Source: an uncultured Sphingomonadaceae bacterium (lineage in GTDB: Bacteria > Pseudomonadota > Alphaproteobacteria > Sphingomonadales > Sphingomonadaceae). Taken from it: a DNA stretch of 64,000 nt. The position numbers and the translations under genes were made by a program. The stretch covers positions 1,129,375 through 1,193,374 of the forward strand of contig CANLQI010000001.1 of NCBI GenBank assembly GCA_947493325.1. Reading direction: 5' to 3'. Each line of letters opens with the position of its first letter. The stretch's first letter is position 1. Under the pieces are notes generated by a model. That model had not been told where the DNA came from, searched no databases, and worked only from the letters and a program-made list of their open reading frames with translations. Shown piece after piece: positions 1 through 10,344 of the stretch.

Positions 1-111
1 ATGGGATGGAGCGGCTGGCTGTATGAAATTGTGCCGGGGTTTTTACTGTCGTTACTCGCCATCCTGATTTTTAGCGTTGTGGATCAAAGCCGACGCAAAG
101 CAGTAGCCTAA
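1..111 (+). CDS. 3' end of a sodium:solute (PutP-like) symporter gene, truncated by the window edge
   Basis: Frame 1 reads GWSGWLYEIVPGFLLSLLAILIFSVVDQSRRKAVA then TAA. LYEIVPGF plus a final TM helix resembles the C-terminus of Na+/proline symporters. Only 36 codons are visible. Confidence 0.45.
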   Translation: MGWSGWLYEIVPGFLLSLLAILIFSVVDQSRRKAVA

Positions 112-448
112 AGATAGCGTTAAAAGGTAACAAAGGTAACGGAATTCGGGGGGCAAGCGCATCCAAAGTATAGGCGGAAATTAATTAACTTTAGAGTTAA
201 GCGCTAAAACCGCAGGACTAAACTTTGGGCTAAACTTCAGCGCAAAGCCGCGGAAACACTGAAACACAACGGTCGTTTCGGAAGGTCTGGCCTTAAATAC
301 CCGGCTATACTTCGGGCTGTACATCCGTCTATCGGCATATTCCCGCTGCGACCGCCATGCTGACGCGGAACCTGTATCAATAAGCTATATCAAAGAGCCG
401 CATATGTATTAACACACTGGGCGCCATGTAGGAAAACCGAAACGGATA

Positions 449-2050
449 TCATCCATCGGCAAATGTGAAATCCCTGTACCGTTCGCGCAGCTCAGTCTTG
501 AGAAGCTTGCCCGTTGCCGTGTGCGGCAGGTCATCGACAAACAGGACCTCATCGGGCAGCCACCATTTTGCGACATGATTGGCAAGGTGCGTGATGACAT
601 CATCCTTGCTCACTTCCGCGCCCTCATTTTTCACGATCAGCAGCAATGGCCGTTCATCCCATTTCGGGTGCGGCATGCCGATGGCAGCAGCTTCGGCCAC
701 GCCTTCCATGCCGACAGCGGCATTTTCCAGATCAACCGAGCTGATCCATTCCCCGCCTGATTTGATAACATCCTTGGCGCGGTCGGTAATCTGCATCACG
801 CCGTCGGGATGGATAACGGCGACATCGCCGGTATCGAACCAGCCATCTTCGGTCAGCGCATCTTCTTCTGCCTTAAAATAGCGTTTGATAACCCATGGGC
901 CGCGAATTTGCAGGCGCCCACTGCTTTCCCCGTCGCGCGGCTGCAATACGCCCTCGTCATCCACTACGCGCAGCTCGACACCGAAAGGCACCCTGCCCTG
1001 TTTCACCACCACATCAACCTGCTCATCAAAGCTCAGATCATCCCAGTCGGGTGAAGGTGATCCCATGGTGCCAATGGGTGAGGTTTCCGTCATGCCCCAG
1101 GCATGGTTGACGCGGGCGCCCATTTTCATGATGCGCTCGATCATCGCGCGCGGTGCGGCCGATCCGCCAATGGTCACAACTTTCAGATGCTCGGGCGCTT
1201 CACCGCTGGCATCCATATGCTGGAACATGGCCAGCCAGACTGTCGGCACACCGGCGCTATGCGTGACCTTTTCCCGGTTCATAAGCATAGTGAGGACCGC
1301 CGGGTCATTGACGGCAGCATAGACGAATTTCAGGCCCGCGAGCGCGCCCGCAAATGGCAGGCCCCATGCGGCGGCATGGAACATTGGCACCACGGGCAAC
1401 GCTACAGACGTCGTCGAAAGGTCAAAAATAGCGGGCTGTATCTCCGCCATTGCATGGATGGTTGTCGAGCGATGCTCATAAAGCACGCCCTTGGGATTGC
1501 CTGTTGTGCCGCTGGTATAGCACAGCATGCACGGTTCCCGCTCGTCACCATCGACCCAGGCAAAATCATCGTCATAGCGGTCCAGCAGATCTTCAAAACC
1601 CTGCGCATCGCTGCCTTCTGGCGGGTCATAGCAGATATAGTGTTTGATGCTGGCCCACTGATCCTTGAGCTTGTCGATTATGGGCTGGAATGCCGCGTCA
1701 TAAAGCAGCACCTGATCCTCGGCATGGTTGGCGATATAGACCAGCTGATCCTCAAACAGGCGCGGGTTGATGGTGTGGATGACACCGCCCATCCCGATCG
1801 CACCATACCAGCTTACCAGATGCCGGCTGTGATTCATGCCCAGCGTCGCTACACGGTCCCCTTTTTTCAGGCCCATGTCAGTCAGCGCTTTGGCAAGACG
1901 GCGCGCATCGCGTGATATGCCGGCCCAATCGGTGCGGGTTTCGCTGCCATCGGCCCAATAAGTGACAATTTCCCGGTCCCCATGCTCATTCGCTGCATGG
2001 TCCAGCATGTGCATGACACGTAATTTGAAATCCTGCATTCCGCCCAGCAT
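449..2050 (-). CDS. AMP-dependent acyl-CoA synthetase / long-chain fatty acid-CoA ligase
   Basis: AMP-binding motifs [12 protein letters not shown] and GWFDTGD. I trimmed the ORF-track start (2173, which overlaps dnaE) to the ATG at 2050, preceded by GGGAGAG. Confidence 0.85.
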   Translation of the reverse strand: MLGGMQDFKLRVMHMLDHAANEHGDREIVTYWADGSETRTDWAGISRDARRLAKALTDMGLKKGDRVATLGMNHSRHLVSWYGAIGMGGVIHTINPRLFEDQLVYIANHAEDQVLLYDAAFQPIIDKLKDQWASIKHYICYDPPEGSDAQGFEDLLDRYDDDFAWVDGDEREPCMLCYTSGTTGNPKGVLYEHRSTTIHAMAEIQPAIFDLSTTSVALPVVPMFHAAAWGLPFAGALAGLKFVYAAVNDPAVLTMLMNREKVTHSAGVPTVWLAMFQHMDASGEAPEHLKVVTIGGSAAPRAMIERIMKMGARVNHAWGMTETSPIGTMGSPSPDWDDLSFDEQVDVVVKQGRVPFGVELRVVDDEGVLQPRDGESSGRLQIRGPWVIKRYFKAEEDALTEDGWFDTGDVAVIHPDGVMQITDRAKDVIKSGGEWISSVDLENAAVGMEGVAEAAAIGMPHPKWDERPLLLIVKNEGAEVSKDDVITHLANHVAKWWLPDEVLFVDDLPHTATGKLLKTELRERYRDFTFADG

Positions 2051-2064
2051 GGCCACTCTCCCGA

Positions 2065-5000
2065 TTATTTTACCGCGTGCAGTCCTTTGTCCACGCTCAG
2101 CGTGATATTGGCAAGCCCTTCTATCGGTTCGATCGCGTCGGCAAATTCCGCGTCCAGGCTGCGTCCGCCACACAGCTTCATATGCGCTGCGGCTTCGCCA
2201 TCCACCATCAGGCGCGCGTAAATTGCGCCGCGGCCCTTGTCCTGTGCCTCAGCAGCCATGGCCAATTGCGGAAAGGCGCTTGCATCATGCACGTCAAGAT
2301 CAAGCCGCATCCTAGCCGAACCTTTAATGCCTTCCAGCGGCTGTGCGGACCGGATGGTCACACGCGGCGGTTGATCTTCCGATGGTGTATCGAGCTCGAC
2401 ATTGAGCAGCACGCAAGCGGAATCCTTGGCAAAATCCGCCATCGGCTCGACCATATGCTCCTCAAAACAGCTCGCTGAAAACTGGCCTGACTGGTCCGAC
2501 ATATCCGCCATGATGAAATCCTTGCCGCGCTTGGTTTTGCGCCGCTGTACCGATTCCACCAAAGCCGCCATCACCGCAGGGCGGCGTGACCCCGGTTGCC
2601 CGCCGCTTTCCATCAGTGCAGCATAAGTGCGCGCACCATTGGCATTTGCAATGGCTTTATACTGCTCGACCGGATGTGCGGCGAAATAGAAACCAAAGGC
2701 GTCTTTCTCATGCGCCATTTTTTCGCCGATCGACCAGTTTGTATTGCACGACAGCCGCATCGTCTGTCCGGCATTGTCATCTTCTGCGCCAAACAGTCCG
2801 CCCTGCCCGCTAATCCGCGAGCTGTGCGCATCGGCCGCCACGGCCAGAATGACATCGGCAGAAGCATGAATCGCGGCACGGTCGGCATTCAAGCTGTCAA
2901 ATGCGCCTGCCGCCGCCAGATTTTCCAAAGCGCGTTTGTTGAGCATCGACGGGTCAATCCGGTTTGCCATGTCGTCCAGCGAGGTGAACCAGCCATTTTC
3001 CTCACGCTCCGCCGTAATCTGCGACATGGCTTTCTCGCCCACATTTTTAAGGCCCGCAAGCGCATAGCGCACGGCATAGCCATCATTGCTGCGCTCGACT
3101 GAAAATTCGGCCTGGCTGCGGTTGATGCAGGGCGGTTCACAGGCAATTTCCAGCTTGCGCATGTCATCGACAAAGATGTTGAGCTTGTCCGTCTGATGCA
3201 TATCAAAACACATGGATGCCGCGAAAAATTCATGCGGGTAATGGGTTTTGAGCCAGGCCGTCTGATAGGCGAGTAACGCATAGGCCGCAGCATGGCTTTT
3301 ATTGAAACCATAGCCCGCAAACTTGTCGATCAAATCGAACAGCTGGTTGGCTTTTTTGCCGTCAATATTGTTTTTGGCCGCCCCTTCGACAAAGCGGCTG
3401 CGCTGCTTGTCCATTTCCGCCTGGATTTTCTTGCCCATCGCGCGGCGCAAAAGGTCCGCATCACCTAGCGAGTAACCGGCCAGCACCTGCGCCGCCTGCA
3501 TCACCTGTTCCTGGTAAACGATGATGCCATAGGTTTCCGACAGGATGTCTTTCAGCAAGGGATGCGGATATTCGATATCTTCCTTGCCATTCTTGCGCGC
3601 GCCAAAGCTTGGGATATTGTCCATAGGGCCTGGACGATAGAGCGACACAAGTGCGATAATATCGCCAAAACTGGTGGGTTTCACGGCGGCCAGCGTACGT
3701 CGCATGCCCTCGGATTCGAGCTGGAACACGCCCACCGTGTCACCGCGCTGCAGCAGTTCATAGACTTTAGGATCGTCCCAGGCGAGCTTATCAAGGTCGA
3801 TATCAATGCCGCGCCTGGCGAGCATCTGCACCGCTTTTTGCAACACGGAAAGCGTTTTCAGGCCCAGAAAGTCAAATTTGACCAGCCCCGCGACTTCGAC
3901 AAATTTCATGTCAAATTGCGTCACCGGCATGTCGGAGCGCGGGTCACGGTAGAGCGGGACAAGCTTGGCCAGCGGTCTGTCGCCAATCACCACACCGGCG
4001 GCATGGGTTGAGCTATGCCGCGGCAGGCCTTCAAGCTGCATAGCGAGGTCGAATAGCCGCTTTACTTCGGGATCATTCTCATACTCACGGCGCAGGTCGG
4101 AAATCCCCTCCAGCGCCATCGGCAATGTCCATGGGTCAGTGGGATGGTTGGGGACCAGCTTGCACAGCCGGTCCACCTGTCCGTAGGGCATTTGCAGCAC
4201 GCGGCCCGTGTCACGCAGCACCGCGCGCGCTTTCAGCTTACCGAAAGTGATGATTTGCGCGACATGGTCATTGCCATATTTCTGCTGAACATAACGGATG
4301 ACTTCGCCGCGCCGCGTCTCGCAAAAGTCGATATCGAAATCGGGCATTGATACACGTTCAGGATTGAGGAAACGTTCGAACAGCAATCCGAGTTTGAGCG
4401 GATCAAGGTCGGTGATGGTGAGCGCCCATGCAACGACACTGCCCGCCCCCGAACCACGGCCCGGCCCCACCGGGATATCGTTATCCTTGGACCATTTGAT
4501 AAAATCGGCAACGATCAGGAAGTAGCCGGGAAAGCCCATGCCGACGATAACATCAATCTCGAAATCAAGTCGTTCGTAATAGGTTTTGCGTTCCGCTTCA
4601 TCCATATCCGGATAGGCTGTGAGCCGTTCGTCAAGCCCGGCGGTGGAATCGCGGCGCAACTGTTCCGCCTCACCCTGCAAGTCACCTGCCAGACTGGGCA
4701 ATATCGGCGCACGTTTGGGCGGCACGACACTGCACCTTTGTGCGATAACAAGTGTGTTGGTGATCGCTTCAGGAATATCGCTGAACAATTCCTGCATCAT
4801 TTTACCGGACTTGATCCAGTTTTCCGGCGCGCCTTTGATGCGGTCTTCGCTCTCCACATATTCACCGTGCGCTATGCACAGCATGGCGTCATGCGCATCG
4901 TGGAATGTCGGGTCTGCAAAACATGCGGGGTTGGTGGCGACCAGAGGAAGATCGCGCACATAGGCCAGATCAATCAGCGCGTCCTCGGCGCGTTCTTCGA

Positions 5001-5538
5001 CTTCCAGCCCGCGCCGTGCAAGCTCAATATAAAGCCGGTCAGGAAAATAGCTTTGCAAAGCATCCAGATATTCAAGCGCCGCATCATTCTGCTCTTCCGC
5101 TAGCAAGCGTGTGACAGCCCCCTCGCCCGCTGCAGTCAACACAATCAGGCCTTCGCAATGGTCGGCCAGATATTCGAGCGAGACATGCGGCAAATGTTCA
5201 AGCGGCCTGTCAAGATGCGCCGCTGATACAAGCGCGCATAAATTGTCATAGCCCGCTTCGTTCTGTGCATAGAGCGCCAGCCAGTCGAATATCGGCCTGT
5301 CCCCGCCATGATCGGGTCTGGCAATACCCAGCATCGTACCGATAATCGGCTGCACGCCACTGGCCACACAGCCATCTGTAAAAGCCATGCCGCCATACAG
5401 GCCATTGCGGTCCGTCATGGCGATGGCCGGGAAACTGCGTTCCTTGGCAATCTTGCCGATTTTCTTGGGCTCTATCGCACCGTCCAGCATGGTGTAGGCG
5501 GAAAAAACACGCAGAGGAACAAAGGGCATGAACGACAT
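2065..5538 (-). CDS. dnaE: DNA polymerase III alpha subunit
   Basis: 1157 aa. N-terminal PHP domain (FVPLRVFSAYTMLDGA), GFPGYFLIV and FGKLKARA regions typical of DnaE. Confidence 0.97.
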   Translation of the reverse strand: MSFMPFVPLRVFSAYTMLDGAIEPKKIGKIAKERSFPAIAMTDRNGLYGGMAFTDGCVASGVQPIIGTMLGIARPDHGGDRPIFDWLALYAQNEAGYDNLCALVSAAHLDRPLEHLPHVSLEYLADHCEGLIVLTAAGEGAVTRLLAEEQNDAALEYLDALQSYFPDRLYIELARRGLEVEERAEDALIDLAYVRDLPLVATNPACFADPTFHDAHDAMLCIAHGEYVESEDRIKGAPENWIKSGKMMQELFSDIPEAITNTLVIAQRCSVVPPKRAPILPSLAGDLQGEAEQLRRDSTAGLDERLTAYPDMDEAERKTYYERLDFEIDVIVGMGFPGYFLIVADFIKWSKDNDIPVGPGRGSGAGSVVAWALTITDLDPLKLGLLFERFLNPERVSMPDFDIDFCETRRGEVIRYVQQKYGNDHVAQIITFGKLKARAVLRDTGRVLQMPYGQVDRLCKLVPNHPTDPWTLPMALEGISDLRREYENDPEVKRLFDLAMQLEGLPRHSSTHAAGVVIGDRPLAKLVPLYRDPRSDMPVTQFDMKFVEVAGLVKFDFLGLKTLSVLQKAVQMLARRGIDIDLDKLAWDDPKVYELLQRGDTVGVFQLESEGMRRTLAAVKPTSFGDIIALVSLYRPGPMDNIPSFGARKNGKEDIEYPHPLLKDILSETYGIIVYQEQVMQAAQVLAGYSLGDADLLRRAMGKKIQAEMDKQRSRFVEGAAKNNIDGKKANQLFDLIDKFAGYGFNKSHAAAYALLAYQTAWLKTHYPHEFFAASMCFDMHQTDKLNIFVDDMRKLEIACEPPCINRSQAEFSVERSNDGYAVRYALAGLKNVGEKAMSQITAEREENGWFTSLDDMANRIDPSMLNKRALENLAAAGAFDSLNADRAAIHASADVILAVAADAHSSRISGQGGLFGAEDDNAGQTMRLSCNTNWSIGEKMAHEKDAFGFYFAAHPVEQYKAIANANGARTYAALMESGGQPGSRRPAVMAALVESVQRRKTKRGKDFIMADMSDQSGQFSASCFEEHMVEPMADFAKDSACVLLNVELDTPSEDQPPRVTIRSAQPLEGIKGSARMRLDLDVHDASAFPQLAMAAEAQDKGRGAIYARLMVDGEAAAHMKLCGGRSLDAEFADAIEPIEGLANITLSVDKGLHAVK

Positions 5539-5587
5539 GCCTTCAACCTAGTCCAGCACATCCGATTCGTGAAAGGCGAAAATGCCG

Positions 5588-5615
5588 CCAGTGGATAAGT
5601 TTAACCAGTGGATAA
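5588..5615 (-). repeat. Two identical 11-bp direct repeats (TTATCCACTGG on the minus strand), each containing a DnaA-box-like TTATCCAC core
   Basis: CCAGTGGATAA at 5588-5598 and again at 5605-5615, 17 bp centre to centre. They lie 50-77 bp upstream of the dnaE ATG. Confidence 0.6.
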
Positions 5616-5617
5616 AT

Positions 5618-5935
5618 TTAATCGGAAATTTTCTCGCGCACGCTTTTGATGGTCGACCACACGCCATATGCAATTAGTATTCCCAGGAATATCCAGACCC
5701 AGACAGGAATATTGGTGCCGACAATGGCGAGATATACATAAGCGGATACAAAACATATCCCGGCGCTGAGTGTCGGCAGGACAATCGATTTGCCCGCCCG
5801 TTTGTTGCGGACCAGCCAGGCAATGGACAGCATGAAAAGCGGAATCGCGCCCACATAAATGGCGCCGAAAACGATCGGGTCCACACCGTAATTTTCACCC
5901 AGACTGAAAAACCAGTCCTTTAACGACTGCCACAT
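5618..5935 (-). CDS. Small integral membrane protein (3 predicted TM helices), unknown function
   Basis: 105-aa ORF with three hydrophobic stretches. No motif I recognise. Confidence 0.6.
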   Translation of the reverse strand: MWQSLKDWFFSLGENYGVDPIVFGAIYVGAIPLFMLSIAWLVRNKRAGKSIVLPTLSAGICFVSAYVYLAIVGTNIPVWVWIFLGILIAYGVWSTIKSVREKISD

Positions 5936-6019
5936 AATATTCCTCCGCTGGAAACTGATTATACCATATGTTCGGCGGAAATATGGCAGAAGTTACAGTG
6001 AAACTTGTAATGAAGCCGG

Positions 6020-6493
6020 TCAGAGCAGTCTGGCGATATCACTCTTGAGTTGTTCGGGTTTAATCATCGAGCCATAGCGGGCGGTCACTTTGCCGTCTTT
6101 ATCAACCAGAAATTTCGTGAAGTTCCATTTGATTTTGCTGCCCATCAGGCCGGATTGCTGTTTTTTGAGATAGTCCCAAAGCGGGTCCGCATTGGAACCA
6201 TTGACGTCAACCTTCGCCATGAGCGGGAATTTGACATCATAATTGAGTGAGCAAAACTCGGCTATTTCCTCTGCATTGCCGGGTTCCTGCCCCCCAAACT
6301 GATTGCATGGGAAAGCGAGGATTTCGAAATCCTCGTCTGCAAATTCCTCATGCAGTTTTTCAAGTCCTTCATATTGCGGTGTAAAACCACATTTGGATGC
6401 TGTATTGACGATAAGCAGAACCTTGCCCTTATGCTCCGACATATCTTGCTCGGAACCGCCGGGAAGTTTCACTTTGAAATCATAAATATTCAT
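6020..6493 (-). CDS. Glutathione peroxidase
   Basis: NTASKCGFTPQY and FPCNQFGGQEPG signature regions. The catalytic residue is Cys, not Sec. Confidence 0.92.
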   Translation of the reverse strand: MNIYDFKVKLPGGSEQDMSEHKGKVLLIVNTASKCGFTPQYEGLEKLHEEFADEDFEILAFPCNQFGGQEPGNAEEIAEFCSLNYDVKFPLMAKVDVNGSNADPLWDYLKKQQSGLMGSKIKWNFTKFLVDKDGKVTARYGSMIKPEQLKSDIARLL

Positions 6494-6516
6494 ATTTTTT
6501 CCTGTTCCAAGTTCGT

Positions 6517-7203
6517 TTATTCCAGACGCCCATCATGCAAGCGCACGATACGGTCCATTTTTTTGGCCAACCGTTCATTATGTGTGGCGACAAGTGCGGC
6601 GCTGCCTTCGCCGCGAACAAGCCGTAAAAACTCGGCCAGGACAATATCCGCCGTATGTTCGTCAAGATTGCCTGTCGGCTCATCCGCCAACACCAGCATC
6701 GGTTGATTGGCAAGCGCACGGGCCACGGCCACACGCTGCTGTTCGCCGCCTGAAAGCTGACTGGGCCTGTGTTCCAACCGTTCTCCAAGCCCCAGTGTAG
6801 TGAGCAGATGCGTAGCACGCGCTTCTGCATCACTGCGGCTCACATTTTTGACAAGCTGCGGCAATATGACATTTTCTGCCGCATTGAAATCAGGCAGTAA
6901 GTGATGGAATTGATACACAAAACCCAATGTGGATTTGCGCAGCCGCGTGCGGCCATCGCTGGACAGGCTGGCGGCTTCTTCGCCGTTAATGACAATCGAG
7001 CCTTCAAACCCGCCTTCAAGCAACCCGAGAGCCTGCAACAATGTAGATTTGCCTGAACCGGAAGGACCCAGCAGGGCTACAATTTCACCCGGCGCAATCG
7101 TCAGATCAACGCCGCGCAGCACTTCGATCGTGGTTTCGCCCTGCGTGAAACTGCGCCGCACATCTATAAGCTTGGCGATGGGTCTGGATTCCATATTACT
7201 CAT
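6517..7203 (-). CDS. lolD: Lipoprotein-releasing system ATP-binding protein
   Basis: Walker [13 protein letters not shown] signature [15 protein letters not shown], Walker [13 protein letters not shown]. Overlaps the upstream LolC/E permease gene by 8 nt. Confidence 0.85.
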   Translation of the reverse strand: MSNMESRPIAKLIDVRRSFTQGETTIEVLRGVDLTIAPGEIVALLGPSGSGKSTLLQALGLLEGGFEGSIVINGEEAASLSSDGRTRLRKSTLGFVYQFHHLLPDFNAAENVILPQLVKNVSRSDAEARATHLLTTLGLGERLEHRPSQLSGGEQQRVAVARALANQPMLVLADEPTGNLDEHTADIVLAEFLRLVRGEGSAALVATHNERLAKKMDRIVRLHDGRLE

Positions 7204-8467
7204 AGCGCAGCACCTGTACCGGGTCCGTGCTGGCCGCCTTCATTGCAGGATATAATGTTGCCAGAAAACTGAAAACCAGCGCCATTATCGCAATTCCCGC
7301 GACTTCCACAGGGTCTGTTTTGCTCGGCAGTTCGGTCAGAAACCGTATTTGCGGATCCCACAGATTCTGTCCTGTCAGGAACTGAATGGCATTGACGATG
7401 GACTGGCGGAAAAACAGGAAGACAAAACCCAGGACAAGACCCGCCAATATCCCGAATGAGCCGATCACAGTGCCCACCGTCATGAATATCTTCATAAGCG
7501 ACCGCCGCGATGCGCCCATGGTGCGCAATATGGCGATATCACGTGTTTTTGCACGCACCAGCATGATCAGTGACGAAAGAATATTGAACACGGCCACCAA
7601 TATGATGATCGACAGCACGATAAACATCGCCACACGTTCCACGGCGAGCGCTTCAAACAGGCTGGCATTGATGGTGCGCCAGTCATTGACTATCGCTTGC
7701 CCGGCCACCTTGTTGCTGAGCGGTGCCAATATCTCGCCTACTTCTTCGGCATCGCGCGTTGTGACTTCGATCATGCCCACCGCATCACCGATCAACAGCA
7801 AAGTTTGCGCATCGGCCATGGGCATGATGACGAAAGCCTTGTCATAATCATATATGCCAATTTCAAATATCGCGCTCACTTCATAGCCGATTTCACGCGG
7901 CACCGTGCCAAAGGGCGTTGAACGTCCCTGCGGATTGATGATGGTGATTGTGTCGCCGAGCTGCGCGCCCAGGTTTTGCGCCAGCCGCGAACCGATTGCG
8001 ACTTTGGAGACGTCGTCATCGGCAGTGACATCGTGCAGGCTGTCCATATTGCCTATCAGCACCTTGTCCTTCATGTCCTCAAGGTCATCATCAACCATCC
8101 CGCGCACCAGAATTGCCTCAACCCGGCCGTTGAAATTGACTAGCAAAGGTTGTTCGATAAGCGGAGATGCCGAGACGACACCGTCGGTTGCCTTGGCTTC
8201 TTTCAGAATATCCTGCCAATTGTCGAGACGCCCGCCGTAACCCTGCACAACAGCATGGCCGTTAAGGCCAACGATTTTATCAAGCAGTTCTGCCCGGAAG
8301 CCGTTCATGACGCTCATCACTACGATCAGCGCCGCTACACCCAGCATCACGGCGACCAGGCTGATGGATGCAACCATGGCGATAAATGCCTCACCCCTGC
8401 CCGGAAGCAGATAGCGTTTGGCAATGGTCCATTCAAACGGAGAGAGCATAGATGTAATCAATTCCAA
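7196..8467 (-). CDS. LolC/LolE-family lipoprotein-releasing system permease
   Basis: 423 aa. Opens with [10 protein letters not shown], has a large periplasmic domain between TM1 and TM2, and a FtsX-like C-terminal TM bundle. Confidence 0.85.
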   Translation of the reverse strand: MELITSMLSPFEWTIAKRYLLPGRGEAFIAMVASISLVAVMLGVAALIVVMSVMNGFRAELLDKIVGLNGHAVVQGYGGRLDNWQDILKEAKATDGVVSASPLIEQPLLVNFNGRVEAILVRGMVDDDLEDMKDKVLIGNMDSLHDVTADDDVSKVAIGSRLAQNLGAQLGDTITIINPQGRSTPFGTVPREIGYEVSAIFEIGIYDYDKAFVIMPMADAQTLLLIGDAVGMIEVTTRDAEEVGEILAPLSNKVAGQAIVNDWRTINASLFEALAVERVAMFIVLSIIILVAVFNILSSLIMLVRAKTRDIAILRTMGASRRSLMKIFMTVGTVIGSFGILAGLVLGFVFLFFRQSIVNAIQFLTGQNLWDPQIRFLTELPSKTDPVEVAGIAIMALVFSFLATLYPAMKAASTDPVQVLRYE

Positions 8468-8689
8468 TTATTCGAATGTCAGCTATCCGAAAGAATGTTC
8501 AATAATGCTGCATGTAGGACGTGCACGACTCGCTGACAACACATGATTGCCAGTAAGCCTCTGTTGCAAATTCAGCACATGCAGTTGCAAAAATATATAC
8601 AGGTCGCACTTTGCGCTGGCATTAACCATCCGATTATCGCAAATAACTCTCTATTGAACATGCATTTGCCACTGCAGGTGCAATGGTTT

Positions 8690-8848
8690 TGAGAGAGCCA
8701 TGTTCAGGGAGACATTTCAGGCGGTTTGGGGAATCCGCCCGAAATGTAAGATCTGTATTTTGTCTCGCGAGTTTATTCTTACGCTGAGACATACGAGATG
8801 CGGATCGTCACGAGAGCGCCTAAGCCAGACAATGGCTTAGGCGTTTTT
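8690..8848 (+). ncRNA. Candidate small transcript (sRNA or 46-codon micro-ORF 8700-8840) ending at an orphan intrinsic terminator
   Basis: A strong terminator at 8816-8848 has no ORF of 60 aa or more upstream on this strand. Possible TTGAAC-N19-TGCAAT promoter at 8654-8684. The 5' end is a guess. Confidence 0.3.
8816..8848 (+). terminator. Rho-independent terminator
   Basis: Perfect 10-bp stem CGCCTAAGCC/GGCTTAGGCG, 7-nt loop AGACAAT, followed by TTTTT. Confidence 0.75.
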
Positions 8849-8903
8849 CGTTTATACACTCATAATCCATTGTTTTCACAGAAAATTATCTACGTTTTCA
8901 AGT

Positions 8904-8934
8904 CTTGAAATCAGTTTTCCACAAACCATATCAT
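8904..8934 (+). promoter_or_regulatory. Sigma-32 (RpoH)-type heat-shock promoter candidate for hsp20
   Basis: CTTGAAA-N15-CCATATCAT, compared with the heat-shock consensus CTTGAAA-N13-15-CCCCATNT. Lies about 95 nt upstream of the hsp20 ATG. Confidence 0.4.
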
Positions 8935-9029
8935 ATATGTGCAGCGGCCAATTGGCGTTGCACATGTTACCCGAAAGCGCCGGATGGGCCGGGCTTTCCA
9001 GACTTAAATTGCTCAATGGAGAATTTATC

Positions 9030-9506
9030 ATGACTCGTTTTGATTTTACCCCCTATCGCCGCTCCACCGTCGGTTTCGATCATTTATTTGATCTGCTGGA
9101 AAATAACGGTCGTACGCAGCAAGGCGATAATTATCCCCCATTCAACATCGAACGCGGCAATGATGATGCCTATCGCATCACCCTTGCAGTGGCTGGTTTT
9201 AAGCCAAGCGAAATTGATATTACAGCGCAGCAGAACCTGCTGGTCATTGCTGGCAAGAAAGACGCGGAAAACAGTGAAGATCGTGATTTCCTGCATGTCG
9301 GCATTGCGAATCGCAATTTTGAACGCCGTTTCGAATTGGCCGATTTTGTTCGTGTCGAATCTGCGGACCTGCAGGACGGCTTGCTCGTAATAGAATTGGT
9401 GCGCGAAGTACCGGAAGCCATGAAGCCAAAGAAAATCGCGATTAACGGCGATCCTAAACTGGCTGTTGTCGATGGCTCAAAAAAAGATGATAGCGAAGCC
9501 GCATAA
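9030..9506 (+). CDS. Hsp20/alpha-crystallin family small heat-shock protein (IbpA-like)
   Basis: MTRFDFTPYRRSTVGFD and AYRITLAVAGFKPSEIDITAQQNLLVIAGKK closely resemble IbpA. I trimmed the start to the ATG at 9030, preceded by GGAGA. Confidence 0.9.
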   Translation: MTRFDFTPYRRSTVGFDHLFDLLENNGRTQQGDNYPPFNIERGNDDAYRITLAVAGFKPSEIDITAQQNLLVIAGKKDAENSEDRDFLHVGIANRNFERRFELADFVRVESADLQDGLLVIELVREVPEAMKPKKIAINGDPKLAVVDGSKKDDSEAA

Positions 9507-9529
9507 ACAGGCTTTACCTGAAGATATCG

Positions 9530-9560
9530 GAGCGGGTGCAGTCATGCATCCGCTCTTTTT
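9530..9560 (+). terminator. Rho-independent terminator of hsp20
   Basis: 11-bp stem GAGCGGGTGCA/TGCATCCGCTC (one G-U pair), loop GTCA, then TTTTT. Confidence 0.75.
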
Positions 9561-9573
9561 GTATGCGAGACGT

Positions 9574-10257
9574 CTAAATTGTCTCCGCAATTTCCAGCAA
9601 TAGATCGCGGTTCATGATGTGAATGCGCCCGCCTTCCAGTTTGATGAGTCCCGACTCGCTCCAGCTGGAAAGCTGCCGGTTGATCTGTTCGCGCGACAGC
9701 CCCACGAAATTGCCAAGCTCGCTCTGGCTGAGGTCGAGCTTCAACCGCTCTTCTTCGGGGTCGGAAAGCATCAAGCGCAACAGGTAACGTGCGAGTCTGG
9801 GCCCGGACGTAAAGGCCCGGTCCGCTTCGATAATGGAATTGGATTGCCGAAGCCGGCGTGCCATGGATTGCAGCAAACGCAGTGCCAGTCCCTGGTGCTT
9901 GGTAACTATTTCGTCAAAAGAAGCGCGGGATAATACCAACGCTGTGACATTTTCAAGCGCATGTACGCTTGCCGTGCGTTCCCCGCCGTCCAGAAACGCG
10001 ATTTCCCCGACAACATGTCCCGCCTCGGCATAATCCAGCACGATTTCACGGCCATTGCTGGCAACCATGCTGGTGCGGGCATAGCCGGTCAGTATGATGA
10101 ACAGTTTATCACCCTCGTCACCCTGGCCCATGATTTCATGGTTTTTGTCATATTTCATATAATTGCCGCGCAGGATGATCTCGGCCAGCTCATCGGGCCC
10201 GCAATCCGCAAAAAGGCTGTGCTTGGAAAGCATTTCGGCAAGTTGTTCGGCGTGCAT
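9574..10257 (-). CDS. Crp/Fnr-family transcriptional regulator
   Basis: N-terminal cNMP-binding beta-barrel and C-terminal HTH (LSQSELGNFVGLSREQINRQL). No Fnr-type Cys cluster. Confidence 0.85.
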   Translation of the reverse strand: MHAEQLAEMLSKHSLFADCGPDELAEIILRGNYMKYDKNHEIMGQGDEGDKLFIILTGYARTSMVASNGREIVLDYAEAGHVVGEIAFLDGGERTASVHALENVTALVLSRASFDEIVTKHQGLALRLLQSMARRLRQSNSIIEADRAFTSGPRLARYLLRLMLSDPEEERLKLDLSQSELGNFVGLSREQINRQLSSWSESGLIKLEGGRIHIMNRDLLLEIAETI

Positions 10258-10344
10258 ATTTCCCCCTTGCGCCGCAACGCGGCGTTACAGGCACAACATT
10301 ATGCGGCAATTGGCAAGCGCACAAGTGCGCCTGCTCTGAAATGA

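Noticed and set aside
112-448. 337-bp convergent spacer after the PutP-like gene, with an exact tandem duplication AAAGGTAAC x2 (123-140) and several GCTAAA-like words.
   Set aside because: I could identify no ORF, convincing hairpin/terminator, promoter or known RNA fold. A two-copy 9-mer is too little to call a functional repeat.
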